Assembly: GCA_049302065.1 (NCBI GenBank)
Contig: JBAQLU010000241.1
Location: forward strand, 8,756-72,755
Direction of reading: 5' to 3'
DNA from: Thermodesulfovibrionales bacterium
GTDB lineage: Bacteria > Nitrospirota > Thermodesulfovibrionia > Thermodesulfovibrionales > SM23-35
Length of the DNA: 64,000 bases
A program made the translations under genes and the position numbers. Positions 63,619-64,000 of this stretch are shown here, in pieces. Position 1 is the first letter of the stretch. Every line of letters begins with the position of its first letter. The notes beneath the pieces were generated by a model, which saw only the letters and a program-made list of their open reading frames with translations, was not told where the DNA came from and did no database searches.

Positions 63619-64000
63619 ATGAACATTAAAATTCTTCTTGCAGACGACCATAAGATTATGAGGGAGGGCCTCAGGGCACTGATCGAAAAGCATAGTGACA
63701 TGAGTGTAATCGGCGAAGCCGATGACGGACGGACAACGGTAAGACTGGCCCATGAGCTTTTGCCCGACATCGTGATTATGGATATAAGTATGCCCGACAT
63801 GAACGGGATAGAGGCTGCGCGTCAAATCATCAGCCAGGATTCCCGGATCAAAGTTATCGCCCTTTCTGTCCATTCGAATAAGCATTTTGTGAGCGAGATG
63901 CTGAATGCGGGCGCATCAGGCTACCTGTTAAAAGACTGTGCTTTCCATGAACTGGTCAATGCAGTCCGTGCTGTTTTTTCGAACCGTTCTTATCTCAGCC
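63619..64000 (+). CDS. NarL/FixJ-family response regulator (receiver domain; 3' end beyond window)
   Basis: Own translation from ATG 63619: MNIKILLADDHKIMREGLRALIEKHSDMSVIGEADDGRTTVRLAHELLPDIVIMDISMPDMNGIEAARQI...GASGYLLKDCAF. This is the typical NarL-type receiver and the cognate class for the HisKA_3 kinase upstream. Confidence 0.9.
   Translation, partial: MNIKILLADDHKIMREGLRALIEKHSDMSVIGEADDGRTTVRLAHELLPDIVIMDISMPDMNGIEAARQIISQDSRIKVIALSVHSNKHFVSEMLNAGASGYLLKDCAFHELVNAVRAVFSNRSYLS

Overview
This is a 64-kb chromosomal window from a diderm bacterium, judged from its Lol, Mla, LpxL-type acyltransferase and secretin genes. It uses selenocysteine. I cannot assign taxonomy from sequence alone, and every family call rests on motifs read by eye, with no database search.

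Gene content, left to right:
- Polysaccharide deacetylase and a GH18-like lipoprotein.
- lolD, a LolC/E permease and lysS.
- An RCK K+ channel.
- A selenocysteine-containing selD, whose UGA the ORF track missed, followed by a TauE-family permease.
- comEC, then glmM-cdaR-cdaA.
- tRNA-fMet followed by a small accessory islet: wHTH protein, DUF4143 ATPase and a RelE/ParE-type toxin-antitoxin pair.
- A DUF4388-GAF protein with pilT, then a DinG/XPD-like helicase.
- An EF-hand protein, a MlaA-SPOR fusion and MlaC. These are divergent from an 11-gene FAS-II / type-II-PKS-like cluster: FabL-like ER, atypical ACP, two KS plus two Cys-less KS paralogues, two hot-dog DH, FabG, AcpS and an LpxL-type acyltransferase.
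- typA, larC-larE-larB, a 5'-nucleotidase, a PAP2 protein and a YacP/NYN protein with no canonical start codon.
- A multi-PAS/GAF histidine kinase.
- A four-helix-bundle protein and a DUF559 nuclease nested in repeats.
- An RR-PAS-GAF-GGDEF-EAL gene broken by an in-frame TAA.
- A compact T2SS/T4P-like operon: GspE/PilB, GspF/PilC, a large pseudopilin, a PilMN fusion, PilO-like and PilP/GspB-like proteins and a secretin, with a convergent pilin.
- A PAS/HisKA_3 kinase separated from its NarL-type regulator by a repeat array carrying a GIY-YIG gene.

Two abundant palindromic MITE-like repeat families fill almost every long intergenic region and generate many spurious ORFs.

The best candidate for an undescribed system is the self-contained acyl-chain cluster at 26.5-36.6 kb together with its divergent Mla-type neighbours.
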